Part shown: positions 19,001 to 29,503 of the stretch, piece by piece
Position numbering within the stretch: position 1 is the first letter of the stretch
Layout of the letters: each line of letters begins with the position of its first letter
From: a virus
Lineage: Duplodnaviria; Caudoviricetes
DNA: 64,000 bases
IMG/VR virus record: IMGVR_UViG_3300023179_000059
Coordinates: 1 to 64,000 of that record
Reading direction: 5' to 3' (one strand)
Translations under genes and position numbers: made by a program
The notes under the pieces: model-generated
Seen by the model: only the letters and a program-made list of their open reading frames with translations
What the model was told of the DNA's origin: nothing
Database searches by the model: none

Positions 19001-20561
19001 TGGAACCAAGAATATAACATCAAAACAATTGTTATATTCTGATTTAAATAATAATCTATATGATTCTATTAATGAACGTATAGATAATTGGCATCTAGGT
19101 GCATATAAAATATGTGCATTTAATCGTGAATATGATAGATTTACAAAGAGAGAAGGATCTGGTATTTTAGTTCATCATATTAACCATCACGGTTCTGGTT
19201 ATACGCAAACAACTGACTTAACTTTACCAACTGTAATAAATTCAAATGAAGTTGCGTATCATACACAAATAGAAAATGATTTTATAAGATTTAATCTACA
19301 AGATACTTCTGAAGCAAATCCAAACTTTTATTCTACATATCCTCGTATATGCAAGACACTACCAAGAGGATATAAATTTACAGAAGATGCATTTGTTGTA
19401 GATACAATAATAAATTATGAAACATATAATGATATTATTTGGTCTAATAATAATATTGGCCCAAAGTTAATTGTAAGTTTATATACCCCAAACAAAGAGC
19501 CAATTTCTTATCCAACAACTAATTATGGATTAATAAATAGGTATATTCATTATCTAAAGCCTTCTGGATGTTGGCAAACTATTAGTAGTAAATTTGATTT
19601 TAATAGTTTAATTGATGAATCAGAACCTTGGGCAAACTTTAATAAAGATCAATATTTAAATGAATTTAATCATAAATATTTTTCTAAAGATATTGATGAT
19701 ATGTTTTTACAATATGATTTAGTTTATCCATCTGGAAAATCTTTTGAATCTATATTAAAAATTTATGGTGTTAATGTTAGATTAGAAAATAGTCTCGTTA
19801 CATCTTCTGGAATTAATAATAATATTAATTTACGTGTAAGCGGAGAAAACGTTTCTAGAGAATATCTTAACCTAAATATGCCTAATATAGTAATTCCATC
19901 TAGTGCATATATTAATTTATATGCTAATGCTAATATTAGTGGAGTATCCTCTGGTATATTTAATTTATCATGTTCTGGAGCAGTACTATCTAGTGGATAT
20001 ATGCCACTACATAGTTTGACGATTGGATCATTATCTAATATAGATCCAATATTTGGATCTTTTGGTTCTACACCAAACTTTGGTTTTAATTTATATACTA
20101 GTGGTCAATTATTCAGAGAAGAAGATCTTTCCCTATTTATACAAAATAATCTTATTGATCAATCTTCTTCTGAAACAATTTCTTTAGTATCTTTCAATAG
20201 AAAAAATCTAGATTTTACTAATTCGTCATTAAATTTTAGAATTAGAGCTATAGCTAGTCCAACTAATAGATTGCCAAATGCAAGTTCCAATTTATATATA
20301 AAAGGTCCAGAAAATATACCAATAAATTCAAATTGCAACTTATATGTTTCTTCATTTGACCCAAGGATAATTAATGAACAATTATCATTATTTACTGTAA
20401 ATTTACCCATTTTAGATATAGAATTAGGTAACCAAGTAGTATATTGGAATAACAAAAATATAGGTGTAAATATAGATGTGAGCGACAATTCATACGCTTC
20501 TCTATCTGCAAACGATGAAATTCGTGGTGTTGAATTAATCTGTTATGGAGGATGTAATTAA
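16002..20561 (+). CDS. Large tail/virion protein with a LamG/concanavalin-A-like domain
   Basis: 1519 aa, N/S/Y-rich; LamG-like pattern FAIYTRF.P...GVIFSKY...LEFIVGF...LRLFTD...LTFG...GFLTNIGI. Confidence 0.55.
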   Translation: MDCINVPTLSLRKLARGNIRAKVTMLHNSITRFKSISSLNNNNGVILGTKSKLKSSSDLNAKFIHTLNLIGLKPENNADISATLLLSGVFHATLKSNSQLSIPYTDKLGGSFYLEEYRNFKCREKLYPTQDIITSSGNNYFVNEDLETSGLYNSIDEGIFAKQYDDKNTYIQPWSTYSSGNFKYTFNVSNPLVRPRESLLLIRASAPRHNDSSFTTPIYKINNITFEDPSGNLIIKYKDFVIRGDANYDEEYVNFATYITEPEINNSALDTWDNNYPVLGSGTFTGNYKVNIDITIESLDDPFDDGYNEGYKDRNTFTIIDQSGNNYLALDGAPLSTQTQNFINPENTLRITAIELCNSGELSSFRNNYVPFYTDVLSTGLRITRNIFPSQILTNNSYTDIYPSSDSTWRYQDFESNIYTNITTSGANKLSPTLRDDSNGTNIELIYSSIQDSGKLRLKFSHEPPVPYDGYSDGAFSFGLLRQAKDFNKAKWSNITEADSFFTIDKVDLVVVAKKANGSRNYSLDVVGYSDDKLLHVTSQVGGFLQNLENSGISTIPTSSGFNSVDDLGISSEALSDKYQYYQNNLTNNDGGDHYLLSTYPVINSTTFQEYTIPLKIYDDRVAIGQSIDYSMSSYFENLYLDIYPIPSGASIAKIKLVVSYKPSNGLMLHTIGQADKEFTKRIVRLLPNGDTVNTSGSLINNIPHGYTRDNTLKNNYGRRWKKAHDSLFAGPYDPKEFDFSFYNPQMYSPFLNGYFSFIYDSGNSIIADYSYNRSRLDTVVSGSYIGNYDKVNNLGLRFNSTSLFSQSTTNKTIDWTRISGYTNHELYGRIIDNFENAVRVSGDLGYINFGNIVTSNGFAIYTRFSPDINISGVAYNLWNSGVIFSKYDNGNNLEFIVGFKDGKLIGTARNNTGNLVSVNDSKYYYEYTYPLDIMLSYNENDNKLRLFTDSLRDTSTSFILHSGNNNLTFGYSSGSGVGINGFLTNIGISTNSGINILSSGTKNITSKQLLYSDLNNNLYDSINERIDNWHLGAYKICAFNREYDRFTKREGSGILVHHINHHGSGYTQTTDLTLPTVINSNEVAYHTQIENDFIRFNLQDTSEANPNFYSTYPRICKTLPRGYKFTEDAFVVDTIINYETYNDIIWSNNNIGPKLIVSLYTPNKEPISYPTTNYGLINRYIHYLKPSGCWQTISSKFDFNSLIDESEPWANFNKDQYLNEFNHKYFSKDIDDMFLQYDLVYPSGKSFESILKIYGVNVRLENSLVTSSGINNNINLRVSGENVSREYLNLNMPNIVIPSSAYINLYANANISGVSSGIFNLSCSGAVLSSGYMPLHSLTIGSLSNIDPIFGSFGSTPNFGFNLYTSGQLFREEDLSLFIQNNLIDQSSSETISLVSFNRKNLDFTNSSLNFRIRAIASPTNRLPNASSNLYIKGPENIPINSNCNLYVSSFDPRIINEQLSLFTVNLPILDIELGNQVVYWNNKNIGVNIDVSDNSYASLSANDEIRGVELICYGGCN

Positions 20562-23500
20562 TGGCTAAGTGTAATGATCAGCCAGTAATAACACATGACA
20601 CACAGTGGCAACCGCTACAATGTGTAGATGGTGGAATTTTTAGAGCGCAAAAAACTTATACAAATCTTGAAGCCAGCGGTTTTAATACCTCTATTGGATA
20701 TAGTGGTCATTTTTATGGCATAAGAAAATATACAGGATTAATACCATCATCACCATTCATATTAACAGTACAAGGAAGAACTGGCGATGGAAGTAGACTA
20801 GAAGTACCAAGAGAAATATATGAAATTGAGTATGGTAGCAATAATAATGTAGATTATTCTGGTATTAAATTAACTGCTAATTACGAGTATCCTTCTGGAA
20901 GAAACGAGAATGATAGATATGGTAAATCTGTAAGTGTTTGTAGCGATATTATGGCTATTGGTGCGCCATTTCATACATTATATGATGCTAGTGGATATCA
21001 ATTAAATAATGCTGGAGCGGTTTTTGTATATGATCGTTTACCAGCTCCATCTGGATATGATTGGTCAACTCAATATGATAAAGCACCTTGGTCATTTGTA
21101 ACAAAATTAACTCTTCCTTCTGGATATTTAAGAGACTATGTAGAAAGAGAAACTGATAAAGAAATTATATATCCATATAGTGCAAAAGAAAAAGTATGGA
21201 AAGTCGGTCAAGAGGGTAGACAGTTTGGACATTCTATAGATATATGTTCAACAAATAATTTAGCAGCTTCATTATTTGAAGACAAAAAAAATATTATAGT
21301 TGTTAGTGGCCCGAGTTGCGCTTGGTCTAGAACATTTGCTCCATTAAATGCAACAAACGTAAATGTTGCGTTATTTGTATTTACTGATGAATTTATTCCA
21401 GAAATAGAAGAAGGTATCTATCCAAACATAATAAAATATAATTATTCAACTGTACAAAACGCAATTAAAGACAAAGATATATTATTTAAATATTTTTGTG
21501 ATCCACCAGTTGCTTTTAATGTCAAGATTGTCATATGTGAAGGTATAGTCAGTTCCTCAAATAGAATTACATACGATTTTCCAGAGCCAAAACCATCTTT
21601 TGCCATTAAAAGAGTTATTGATAGACATTCATCTGATCGTCCCGGTTCTCAACAATTTATAGATATAGATAATAAAATATTTACAAATTTAAAAGAAGCT
21701 TTAGATATTGTGTTTCCATATGATAATACAAAACTAAATAATAATATTCCATCTATAATTGGTTTTTATATTGACGACAGTAGATCTTTTGGTGGACAGC
21801 AAGCTATACAACCAGCATTAAATAATTTTATATCTTATTATAAAGATTACTCATTTGCTAGTGGCTTGCAGGACTTTTTCAATTCTCCATCACAAGGATT
21901 TACAAAAATATTTACTGGAGAAGATGAAAACTGGGTTAGACAATCTATAGCAATATTAAATGAAGTATTGGATATAGATGTTATGAAGCAAAATGATACT
22001 TTTAAATTATTTGCCTCTGGCATTGGAGATTTTAATCCTAATCTAGAAGAATTTAATGATCCACCACCAAGCGGTGGTTGTGTTTATGTTTTTGAAAGAG
22101 AAAGTGGAGCTTGGAATTTAATTCAAACGATAGAATCTCCAACAACATTAAATAATGTACATCCAGACAGATTTGGTCATGCTGTAAAAATTAGTGATAA
22201 TGGAGAAGTTATTGGGATAGGATCGCCATATATAAATCAAGCATTAATGTTATATGAATATGATTCATCAGAAAAGAATAGATTGTATCAAAACATTGAA
22301 CCTTGGATATACCATAGAAAAGATTTAGATACTTCATTTGGTTATTATTATCAAATGTATGAAAGATATTTAGATCTTAAAGAATTATATGGACAGGCAG
22401 AAGCTTCAAAAATATTATATCTTGAATTAGATCAAACGTCAAAATACTTCGCAAGAACAGATTATAGTTATTGGGGATCAAATCCTATTAGTGAATATAA
22501 AAGAAAGTTTATATACTCTTATTCAAATATTCCAGTTGGAAATTGGGGATTTTTTATCAAAGATTTTGCTCCATTGTCTAGACTAGGATATAGTATTGGA
22601 TTAAGTGAGGATGGAAATATTTTTGCCGCAGGTGCGCCAACAGATAGTTTAAATGAATTTGATCAATCTGAATCATATTACGCACCTACAAGGCCACAAT
22701 ATAGTACTTGGCACTCATATGTAAATACTGGTGCTGTCAGAGTATTTGAATCAAGAAAGTATTTTCCACATAATTCTGTGATTGAATATGGAAAATTTGG
22801 AAATCTAGAATATGAAACTAGATTACCAGAACATACACCATTTTTTAATCATATGTCTGGTATATATACAAGCAGGGGCTTGAATTTTACCAAAACAGAA
22901 TTTACAGATATAGATATTCCGCAAGAAGCTGGATTAGTTTTTATAATAACTCCACAAGTAGATGCTTTAAGTGATGAAATATTAAATAATATTAAAAATT
23001 GGTTAGCTTTGGGTGATAGAAATCTTGTTTTAGTTGGTAATGATCCTATTTGGGAAAAGAATGGATTATATTTTGAATCAAATGAAATTATAAATAAAAT
23101 TTTATCTAGCTTATCATCTAGATTAAGAATTTTACCAGCTAGAAATAGATTTGAATCACTGCCAGATTTATGTCCATCATCAGTTAATTTATTACCATCT
23201 TTTAGGCCAACTAGTTCACTATCTACATATATTAAGCCACAAGATATGAGGGCTTATGGCGTTGGAGACATTAAGCCTTATCGTGTTGGTGCTAGTAGAT
23301 CTTATTCTTGTGAATCTGATAATAATGATCCACTATCATTATCATCTATCTTTGGACAAGATTTAACATATGGTTCAGCAAATACAAAATGTGAAATACC
23401 AATTAAGCATCTTGGTGATTTAAGATCTGAGTGGAAAGAATGGTGCATTGACCAAAGGGGAAATCCAAAAACATATCCAGTTAACTGGCCTTTATTTTTT

Positions 23501-26500
23501 GGAACAGTAAATGAAAAATATTATGGATGCGGCGGTGAAGATAGCGTTAGGTCACCAACATATGGATATGATGGAGTTCCACTTTTAGTAGCAGCAGAAT
23601 ATCCAGAACAATATTCTATTACATATCCTAAAATACCAGCAGCGTCATCATTATTACCAGTTGGTGTGCAGGCAATATTTAGAGAAAATTCTTTTAGTGC
23701 AAAATTTGCAGAAACTCCTTTGAGTGGAGTCGCTTTTGTTTGGTCTTCAGATAGCGGTAATTATACATCACTAAATAGAAATATTAATAATACTTTAAGT
23801 ACAAGTACATTTTTTGATCCAATAGCATATAACGAAAAAGATGCTATATTACAAGCAAAAGCTTCAAATAAAATTACAACATCAACAATATCTAAAATTG
23901 TTTCTGACAAGGCATACTTTTGTGCTGAACAAAGTTATAATCAAAATTCTAAAGTAATTTTAATAGCTGGAACATTTAGTGAAACACAAGAATATTTATA
24001 TTCTGGCGTTGGAGATAAAAATGTAAATTTCTATTTTAATTTAGTTGCAAAATCTGTAAACGGTGGATCATATATAGCACAGTTAGGAGATTGGACGGGA
24101 AGAAGTAGTTTTGATGATGCAACAGAGGGTTCTATTTTAAATGAATTATTTCAAAATACATTTAATACTGTTAAGCTTAATGTTTCTACAGAAGAATTAT
24201 TAGAATTAGGACATCCAGATGGATTTGAGTATGATGTATGTTGGATAGCAAATCCAACTGGACTTCCAAATACTACACAGATTCAACAAATCAAATCTTG
24301 GTTAGCAAAAGGAAATAAAAAATTAATCATTACATATTCTATTAGCCAAATAAATATGATGAGCGAGTTTTCGACAGATATAACCACATCTTTTAATACA
24401 GTTAGTGTTGTTAATAATATTTGTGAATTATTCGATTTAACAATACAGCCACTATACTTAGATAATAAAAATAAGTATGCTGTTAATAATATTGATACAA
24501 ATTCTTTAGCCGGTAATATTCTATTAAATGAAAATAGTTTTGTTTCACAGGGATTTGCAGCAAAAGATAGAATTACCACAATTGATGTTGCAGAAGAATT
24601 ACGTAGGCCATTTGTTCCAATTAAAATAAATACCGGAAACAGTATAGCATATACAAATAATGCAATAATTGATAATGAATTTATTGATACTGGCACTTGG
24701 CAATTAAAAACTGGTGTATGTGAAGTAGTATTTCCAGTATTACCCGGATCTGGATATAAATTATTTTTTACTGTTGCTTCTGAGCATTTTTCTGAAAATG
24801 AACCATTGCAAATAAAAGTAAGCAATATGGTAACTTTTCCAAGATTAAATCCAACCAATGCTGATAATGCGCTTCGTGTTCAAGATATTAATAATGATAC
24901 AGATCAAATTATTCAATTAAACAAATTTGCAAATTATTACCATAAATATAGTCTTGGTGGACTTAGATCAGACAATACTGCCGGTGATTTAACAACAGAT
25001 TCTATTAATATACAAGTTTATGATAATGTTAGTGGAATATCCGTATTTATAGATGGTAATAATGTTAGAATTGAAGATAAGAACTATATACCAAAAACAA
25101 CTAGATTGATTGGAATTTCTGGTTGTTTATTACCAATTGAGACTGTGCCAATTCCACAGTATGATTATTTTGATATTTACGATTGGGTAGTTACTCCAGA
25201 AGTTCCAGAAAAAACAGTAGTTATTACACCACCACCTAGACCAATCAGTACAGATAATAGTAAATATTGTCCCGATAATTCTTGTATACCAACATTAGGA
25301 AATCAGCTTATTGAAGACGGCCCAGTTGTTGCCGCACAAGAACTAGAAGTTTTTTCATCTTTTGATAATGGTGTAGCAAGATCAAGAATCACTGTTCTTA
25401 GTGATTCTAGTTTTGTTCAAGGTAGATGTATTGCAGATGCTGAAGGTAGAATATATAATTCTAATATTAATTTCTTACAAAGCCTATATCCATTCACACA
25501 GTTTCCATCAAATCTTGGTGGTAGATCATTTAATATTCAAACAAAAATTGAATCACCAGAACGTGGAACACCACAAAGATTTTTTAATGCTACTGGTAAT
25601 CAAGGTTTAAATTTAAGATTTGATACAGGTCAAATAGAATCTTCTGGCAGACCGATGAGTGATTTTATTGAATCATTCAATTATGGATCATTTAAACCAG
25701 CCTTACATCCAGTAGATGGGGAACCACCATCATATGAATTAAGAAGATTTACTCCTATTAATTCTATACAACAACTATTACTAGAAATTAGTGGAGTTAA
25801 AGCTGCTTTCAAATCAACATTACCATCTTGGGGAGCATACACCAAATTCGCTGGAACAATAGAAGGTAAATACTACGAAGATGCTGGCCCATTTGGTGGC
25901 ATACCAGAAATCATGAAAGATACTGGATATGATTACTTGGACTTTGATAGATTTCCATCTGGATATCCCGGTGATCTATTTGGATATTCCATAGATATAT
26001 ATAAAAATAAAATTTTAATTGGCGCACCATTTGCTGCGTATGAAAAAGAAGCTATTACAAGTTGGAATGATGTTATAGCTAATACACCAGCATATACTAC
26101 TCCATCTGGAACAAAGATAGGATTTAATGGTGGTGCGGGATCTGTATATTTATATGAAAAATCTGCTAGTGGAGTTACACCATTCAATAGAACAATTGGT
26201 TGGACATGCATAAGAAAATTTAGACCTAACACTATTAATATTGGACAAGACACAAATGATTTAGAATTATTTGCCTCTGGATATATTTTTGGTAATCATA
26301 ATTATAAAGCCGATGATTTAAATCTTAGTATTGTTGCTGATCAGTTTGGACACAGCGTAAAGATAGAAAGTGATTTAATTGCTATAGGTGCGCCGGGTCA
26401 TGATTTTGATAATTATGTAGAAACTATTTTTAATAGTGGAGCATTTATTAAAAAAGAATTTGACTTATCTTTAGATATTCCCAAGAGAGTAATATATGAT

Positions 26501-27415
26501 CTTGGTGAATCTGGCGTAAGAAATGAATTGACAACTAGTGGTATTCCTATATTAAATAATGGTGCTATATTTATTTATGAAAATAGATTAATAGATTGGC
26601 AAAATAAAAAACAAGAATGGAAACCAATACAAAAAATTGTTTCACAAGGATATAATTCCAGAGAACAAAAAACTTATGTTGGATCTAGTGAAATACCAGT
26701 ATCTGGATCAGAAAATGACAGATTTGGAAAAATCATATCTTTAAGTAGGGTGCGTAGAAGTGATTCAGACTATATTTTAGTTGGAGGAACAGATACTCAC
26801 TTATTTGAAAATAGTGGCGAAGCATTACTTAATGCTGGTGCTATATATATTTATGATGGTATTTTAAGAAAAATGCCAGCGTCTACTGTTGGCAGTGGTG
26901 GCTTTTTACACGCAAAAGTCTTTGGTGATACCGATTCTTCTGGAAATCCTTATATTAGACTAGGATTTAGTAATGATATACCAAATACAATTTATAGTGC
27001 TACTGGAATAGTATATAGTAATAATCAAGGTGAAATATTCTTAGAAGCATCTGGACAAGATGTAGTAGAAAAAAGCTACATAAGACATAGGCCATATATA
27101 GAAGCAATAAATGGTCAATATGTTTTTGGAACTGGGGAAAATGGCAGTATATCAATGTTTATTGACGGGCAACCATTTATAAATAGCGGTAATATAAATC
27201 TATTTTCTAATGCCGCAAATTCAGCAATTGTGTATAATAATTTAGGATTGTACCAAAGCGCTGTTTTAGGTATTGCTTCTGGTGTACCATCTGGATTATT
27301 CCTATATACGGATTGTCCAAGTGGAATAACAATATCAGAATCTGGTTTTGCATTATACGCTAGTGGGACAGGATTTTCTCCCGAAACATTAACTTTACGG
27401 GTTAGAGGAAAATGA
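20561..27415 (+). CDS. Giant FG-GAP (integrin-alpha-like beta-propeller) adhesin/tail protein
   Basis: Seven D.[FY]G.S......[IA]GAP...GAV.VY-type repeats at about 20912, 21218, 22166, 22580, 25973, 26339 and 26717. Confidence 0.7.
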   Translation: MAKCNDQPVITHDTQWQPLQCVDGGIFRAQKTYTNLEASGFNTSIGYSGHFYGIRKYTGLIPSSPFILTVQGRTGDGSRLEVPREIYEIEYGSNNNVDYSGIKLTANYEYPSGRNENDRYGKSVSVCSDIMAIGAPFHTLYDASGYQLNNAGAVFVYDRLPAPSGYDWSTQYDKAPWSFVTKLTLPSGYLRDYVERETDKEIIYPYSAKEKVWKVGQEGRQFGHSIDICSTNNLAASLFEDKKNIIVVSGPSCAWSRTFAPLNATNVNVALFVFTDEFIPEIEEGIYPNIIKYNYSTVQNAIKDKDILFKYFCDPPVAFNVKIVICEGIVSSSNRITYDFPEPKPSFAIKRVIDRHSSDRPGSQQFIDIDNKIFTNLKEALDIVFPYDNTKLNNNIPSIIGFYIDDSRSFGGQQAIQPALNNFISYYKDYSFASGLQDFFNSPSQGFTKIFTGEDENWVRQSIAILNEVLDIDVMKQNDTFKLFASGIGDFNPNLEEFNDPPPSGGCVYVFERESGAWNLIQTIESPTTLNNVHPDRFGHAVKISDNGEVIGIGSPYINQALMLYEYDSSEKNRLYQNIEPWIYHRKDLDTSFGYYYQMYERYLDLKELYGQAEASKILYLELDQTSKYFARTDYSYWGSNPISEYKRKFIYSYSNIPVGNWGFFIKDFAPLSRLGYSIGLSEDGNIFAAGAPTDSLNEFDQSESYYAPTRPQYSTWHSYVNTGAVRVFESRKYFPHNSVIEYGKFGNLEYETRLPEHTPFFNHMSGIYTSRGLNFTKTEFTDIDIPQEAGLVFIITPQVDALSDEILNNIKNWLALGDRNLVLVGNDPIWEKNGLYFESNEIINKILSSLSSRLRILPARNRFESLPDLCPSSVNLLPSFRPTSSLSTYIKPQDMRAYGVGDIKPYRVGASRSYSCESDNNDPLSLSSIFGQDLTYGSANTKCEIPIKHLGDLRSEWKEWCIDQRGNPKTYPVNWPLFFGTVNEKYYGCGGEDSVRSPTYGYDGVPLLVAAEYPEQYSITYPKIPAASSLLPVGVQAIFRENSFSAKFAETPLSGVAFVWSSDSGNYTSLNRNINNTLSTSTFFDPIAYNEKDAILQAKASNKITTSTISKIVSDKAYFCAEQSYNQNSKVILIAGTFSETQEYLYSGVGDKNVNFYFNLVAKSVNGGSYIAQLGDWTGRSSFDDATEGSILNELFQNTFNTVKLNVSTEELLELGHPDGFEYDVCWIANPTGLPNTTQIQQIKSWLAKGNKKLIITYSISQINMMSEFSTDITTSFNTVSVVNNICELFDLTIQPLYLDNKNKYAVNNIDTNSLAGNILLNENSFVSQGFAAKDRITTIDVAEELRRPFVPIKINTGNSIAYTNNAIIDNEFIDTGTWQLKTGVCEVVFPVLPGSGYKLFFTVASEHFSENEPLQIKVSNMVTFPRLNPTNADNALRVQDINNDTDQIIQLNKFANYYHKYSLGGLRSDNTAGDLTTDSINIQVYDNVSGISVFIDGNNVRIEDKNYIPKTTRLIGISGCLLPIETVPIPQYDYFDIYDWVVTPEVPEKTVVITPPPRPISTDNSKYCPDNSCIPTLGNQLIEDGPVVAAQELEVFSSFDNGVARSRITVLSDSSFVQGRCIADAEGRIYNSNINFLQSLYPFTQFPSNLGGRSFNIQTKIESPERGTPQRFFNATGNQGLNLRFDTGQIESSGRPMSDFIESFNYGSFKPALHPVDGEPPSYELRRFTPINSIQQLLLEISGVKAAFKSTLPSWGAYTKFAGTIEGKYYEDAGPFGGIPEIMKDTGYDYLDFDRFPSGYPGDLFGYSIDIYKNKILIGAPFAAYEKEAITSWNDVIANTPAYTTPSGTKIGFNGGAGSVYLYEKSASGVTPFNRTIGWTCIRKFRPNTINIGQDTNDLELFASGYIFGNHNYKADDLNLSIVADQFGHSVKIESDLIAIGAPGHDFDNYVETIFNSGAFIKKEFDLSLDIPKRVIYDLGESGVRNELTTSGIPILNNGAIFIYENRLIDWQNKKQEWKPIQKIVSQGYNSREQKTYVGSSEIPVSGSENDRFGKIISLSRVRRSDSDYILVGGTDTHLFENSGEALLNAGAIYIYDGILRKMPASTVGSGGFLHAKVFGDTDSSGNPYIRLGFSNDIPNTIYSATGIVYSNNQGEIFLEASGQDVVEKSYIRHRPYIEAINGQYVFGTGENGSISMFIDGQPFINSGNINLFSNAANSAIVYNNLGLYQSAVLGIASGVPSGLFLYTDCPSGITISESGFALYASGTGFSPETLTLRVRGK

Positions 27416-29163
27416 TTACAGTATATTATAAAAATGATTTAGATCAAGGTTGTGTTATTAGGCCAACTCCTCTTATTTCTATATCTCATACTCCAATTAA
27501 AAATAAAATTGGAACTATGGGTTCAACATATAATATTACATTAAATGGAACCATTATTGCTGATGAAGGATCTCCAATATATACATCTAATTCTAGTTCT
27601 GTTTTTGGACCTAATGGAAAATTTAATCAAATTGGTCCAAATTATGACGGAAATATACCGGGAAATTATACAAGACCGCCACATGAAAGTGTCAATTATG
27701 GAGATAAATTATCTGCAATATTTACAAAACAACAGGCAATACGTGAATTATTTGCATTAGATGGTCAAAAAATGGAAATTTTGCCAATTACTGGCGATGA
27801 ACCAATTTTAATATTATATCCTAAAGTTGAATCTATTAATTTTGAAGAAGGTATTTATGTTGATATATGTAAATATACAATAAATTTAGTTGCAGATAGA
27901 ATTTTAGATAATGATAAAAAAACATTTATTGAAGGTAGTATTTTTTCAACCTCTCCAAGTGGATCCAATACTGAAGGATCTACATTTTATAATACCGAAA
28001 GAAAAACAGAACTTGAATTAATTAATGAGTTTGGTGGTTTTGTTGAAGATTTTACAGATAATTGGGCAATAGAAGTTGATGAATCTACTGGAGAAACCCC
28101 ATTAACTGTAGATAATAATACTAAAAATATTCCAAGATCTTATAGAATTACTAGAAGTATTTCTGCTACCGGCAGAACAAGTTATATACCAAGTGGTAAT
28201 TCTGTAGTTAGACTTGAAGCTTGGGAACAAGCTAAAAATTTTATCAAAAAAAATATATTTAAATCTACTACTGGTGGATATAAAGATTATCCCGGCTATG
28301 AATTAGCAAAAAAATATGGAGAAAGTTTTTTAAATATACCAGATATATACAGAGGATATAACCATATAAGAACAGAAAATATTGATAAAGCAAATGGTTC
28401 CTATAGTATTAATGATACTTGGTTAATGGCTTCTGGAAGTAAAGCTCTTGAAACATATAATATGTCTGTTCAATCATCAATAGATGCTCCATTTGTTAGA
28501 GTCTCTATAGATGGAAATATAAAAGGTTTAAGTAGTATTGAAGCAAGTGGATATATTGGAACAATATCACAAACACCATATGAAAAAGCTTTAGAAAAAT
28601 ATAATGAAATATCTAATAATAAACAGTTTGGAATTAATTCTAATTTATATAAAAGAGCTAATAACTTAGTTGTTCAAACATTAAATTCACAACCAGTATC
28701 CATAACTTTAGGTACAAATGAATTTACTGGTGAAATAACTTATAATTTAGAATTTAATAATAGACCTACTAATTATTTTATTGGCGTTTTAGGTGAAAAT
28801 ATATCTGTAAACGATACTTATCCCGGCGATGTTTTTGCTGTCATACCAGTTATCGGAAGAACAACTGGTCCAATATTACAATATATTGGAGGAAGAACAG
28901 AATATAGAAGAGATGTAACTATAGAAATTGTTTTAGACTATACCAATATTGGTTATAACAATGATAGAGAATCATTTCTTTTAAAAAAACCAAGTTTAAA
29001 CGAACCATTAAGATCACAAATATTAAACTTAATTAATTCTTTAAGTCCAGCATCTGAACCGGGTATTAGAAAATATTTTTTAAATCCTCCATCAGAAAAT
29101 TGGTCACCAAAAGAAGGAAGATATTCATTAAGTTTAAGTTGGATTTATGAATTGAGTTATTAA
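27412..29163 (+). CDS. Putative distal tail/hub protein
   Basis: Repeated tube-like beta patterns (ITLNGTI, YRITRSISATG, VSIDGNIKGL, GEITYNLEF); gene order. Confidence 0.35.
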   Translation: MITVYYKNDLDQGCVIRPTPLISISHTPIKNKIGTMGSTYNITLNGTIIADEGSPIYTSNSSSVFGPNGKFNQIGPNYDGNIPGNYTRPPHESVNYGDKLSAIFTKQQAIRELFALDGQKMEILPITGDEPILILYPKVESINFEEGIYVDICKYTINLVADRILDNDKKTFIEGSIFSTSPSGSNTEGSTFYNTERKTELELINEFGGFVEDFTDNWAIEVDESTGETPLTVDNNTKNIPRSYRITRSISATGRTSYIPSGNSVVRLEAWEQAKNFIKKNIFKSTTGGYKDYPGYELAKKYGESFLNIPDIYRGYNHIRTENIDKANGSYSINDTWLMASGSKALETYNMSVQSSIDAPFVRVSIDGNIKGLSSIEASGYIGTISQTPYEKALEKYNEISNNKQFGINSNLYKRANNLVVQTLNSQPVSITLGTNEFTGEITYNLEFNNRPTNYFIGVLGENISVNDTYPGDVFAVIPVIGRTTGPILQYIGGRTEYRRDVTIEIVLDYTNIGYNNDRESFLLKKPSLNEPLRSQILNLINSLSPASEPGIRKYFLNPPSENWSPKEGRYSLSLSWIYELSY

Positions 29164-29164
29164 T

Positions 29165-29503
29165 ATGACATCTATTAATATAGATAATAGTTCATTAGAT
29201 TTATCACAAAATATTACGAATAATACAGCAGTTGATTTATCTTTACAAAATCCAATATATAGTGGTGGACAAGTTAATGATATAAATAGTAATACATCTA
29301 TCGTATCACCAAATGGATTAAATTTTAATATAGAATTATCTAATGCAAATTTATCTAGTCAATATGCAATAACAGATTTTACCATTTTTAATCCATATAT
29401 ACACAACACTTCGTTTTATACTTTTAGTACATCTAATTTATTACAAGTTGCTACAAATAGATTTAATATTTATTCTCAATCATTTAGGACATGGTTGTCA
29501 TGA
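29165..29503 (+). CDS. Hypothetical N/S-rich protein
   Basis: ORF fills the gap between coupled genes. Confidence 0.5.
   Translation: MTSINIDNSSLDLSQNITNNTAVDLSLQNPIYSGGQVNDINSNTSIVSPNGLNFNIELSNANLSSQYAITDFTIFNPYIHNTSFYTFSTSNLLQVATNRFNIYSQSFRTWLS

Noticed and set aside
29165-29503. Possible frameshift fusing the 29165 ORF to the large downstream gene
   Set aside because: There is an in-frame TAG just upstream in the second frame, and an ATGA overlap with an AGGA SD indicates ordinary translational coupling
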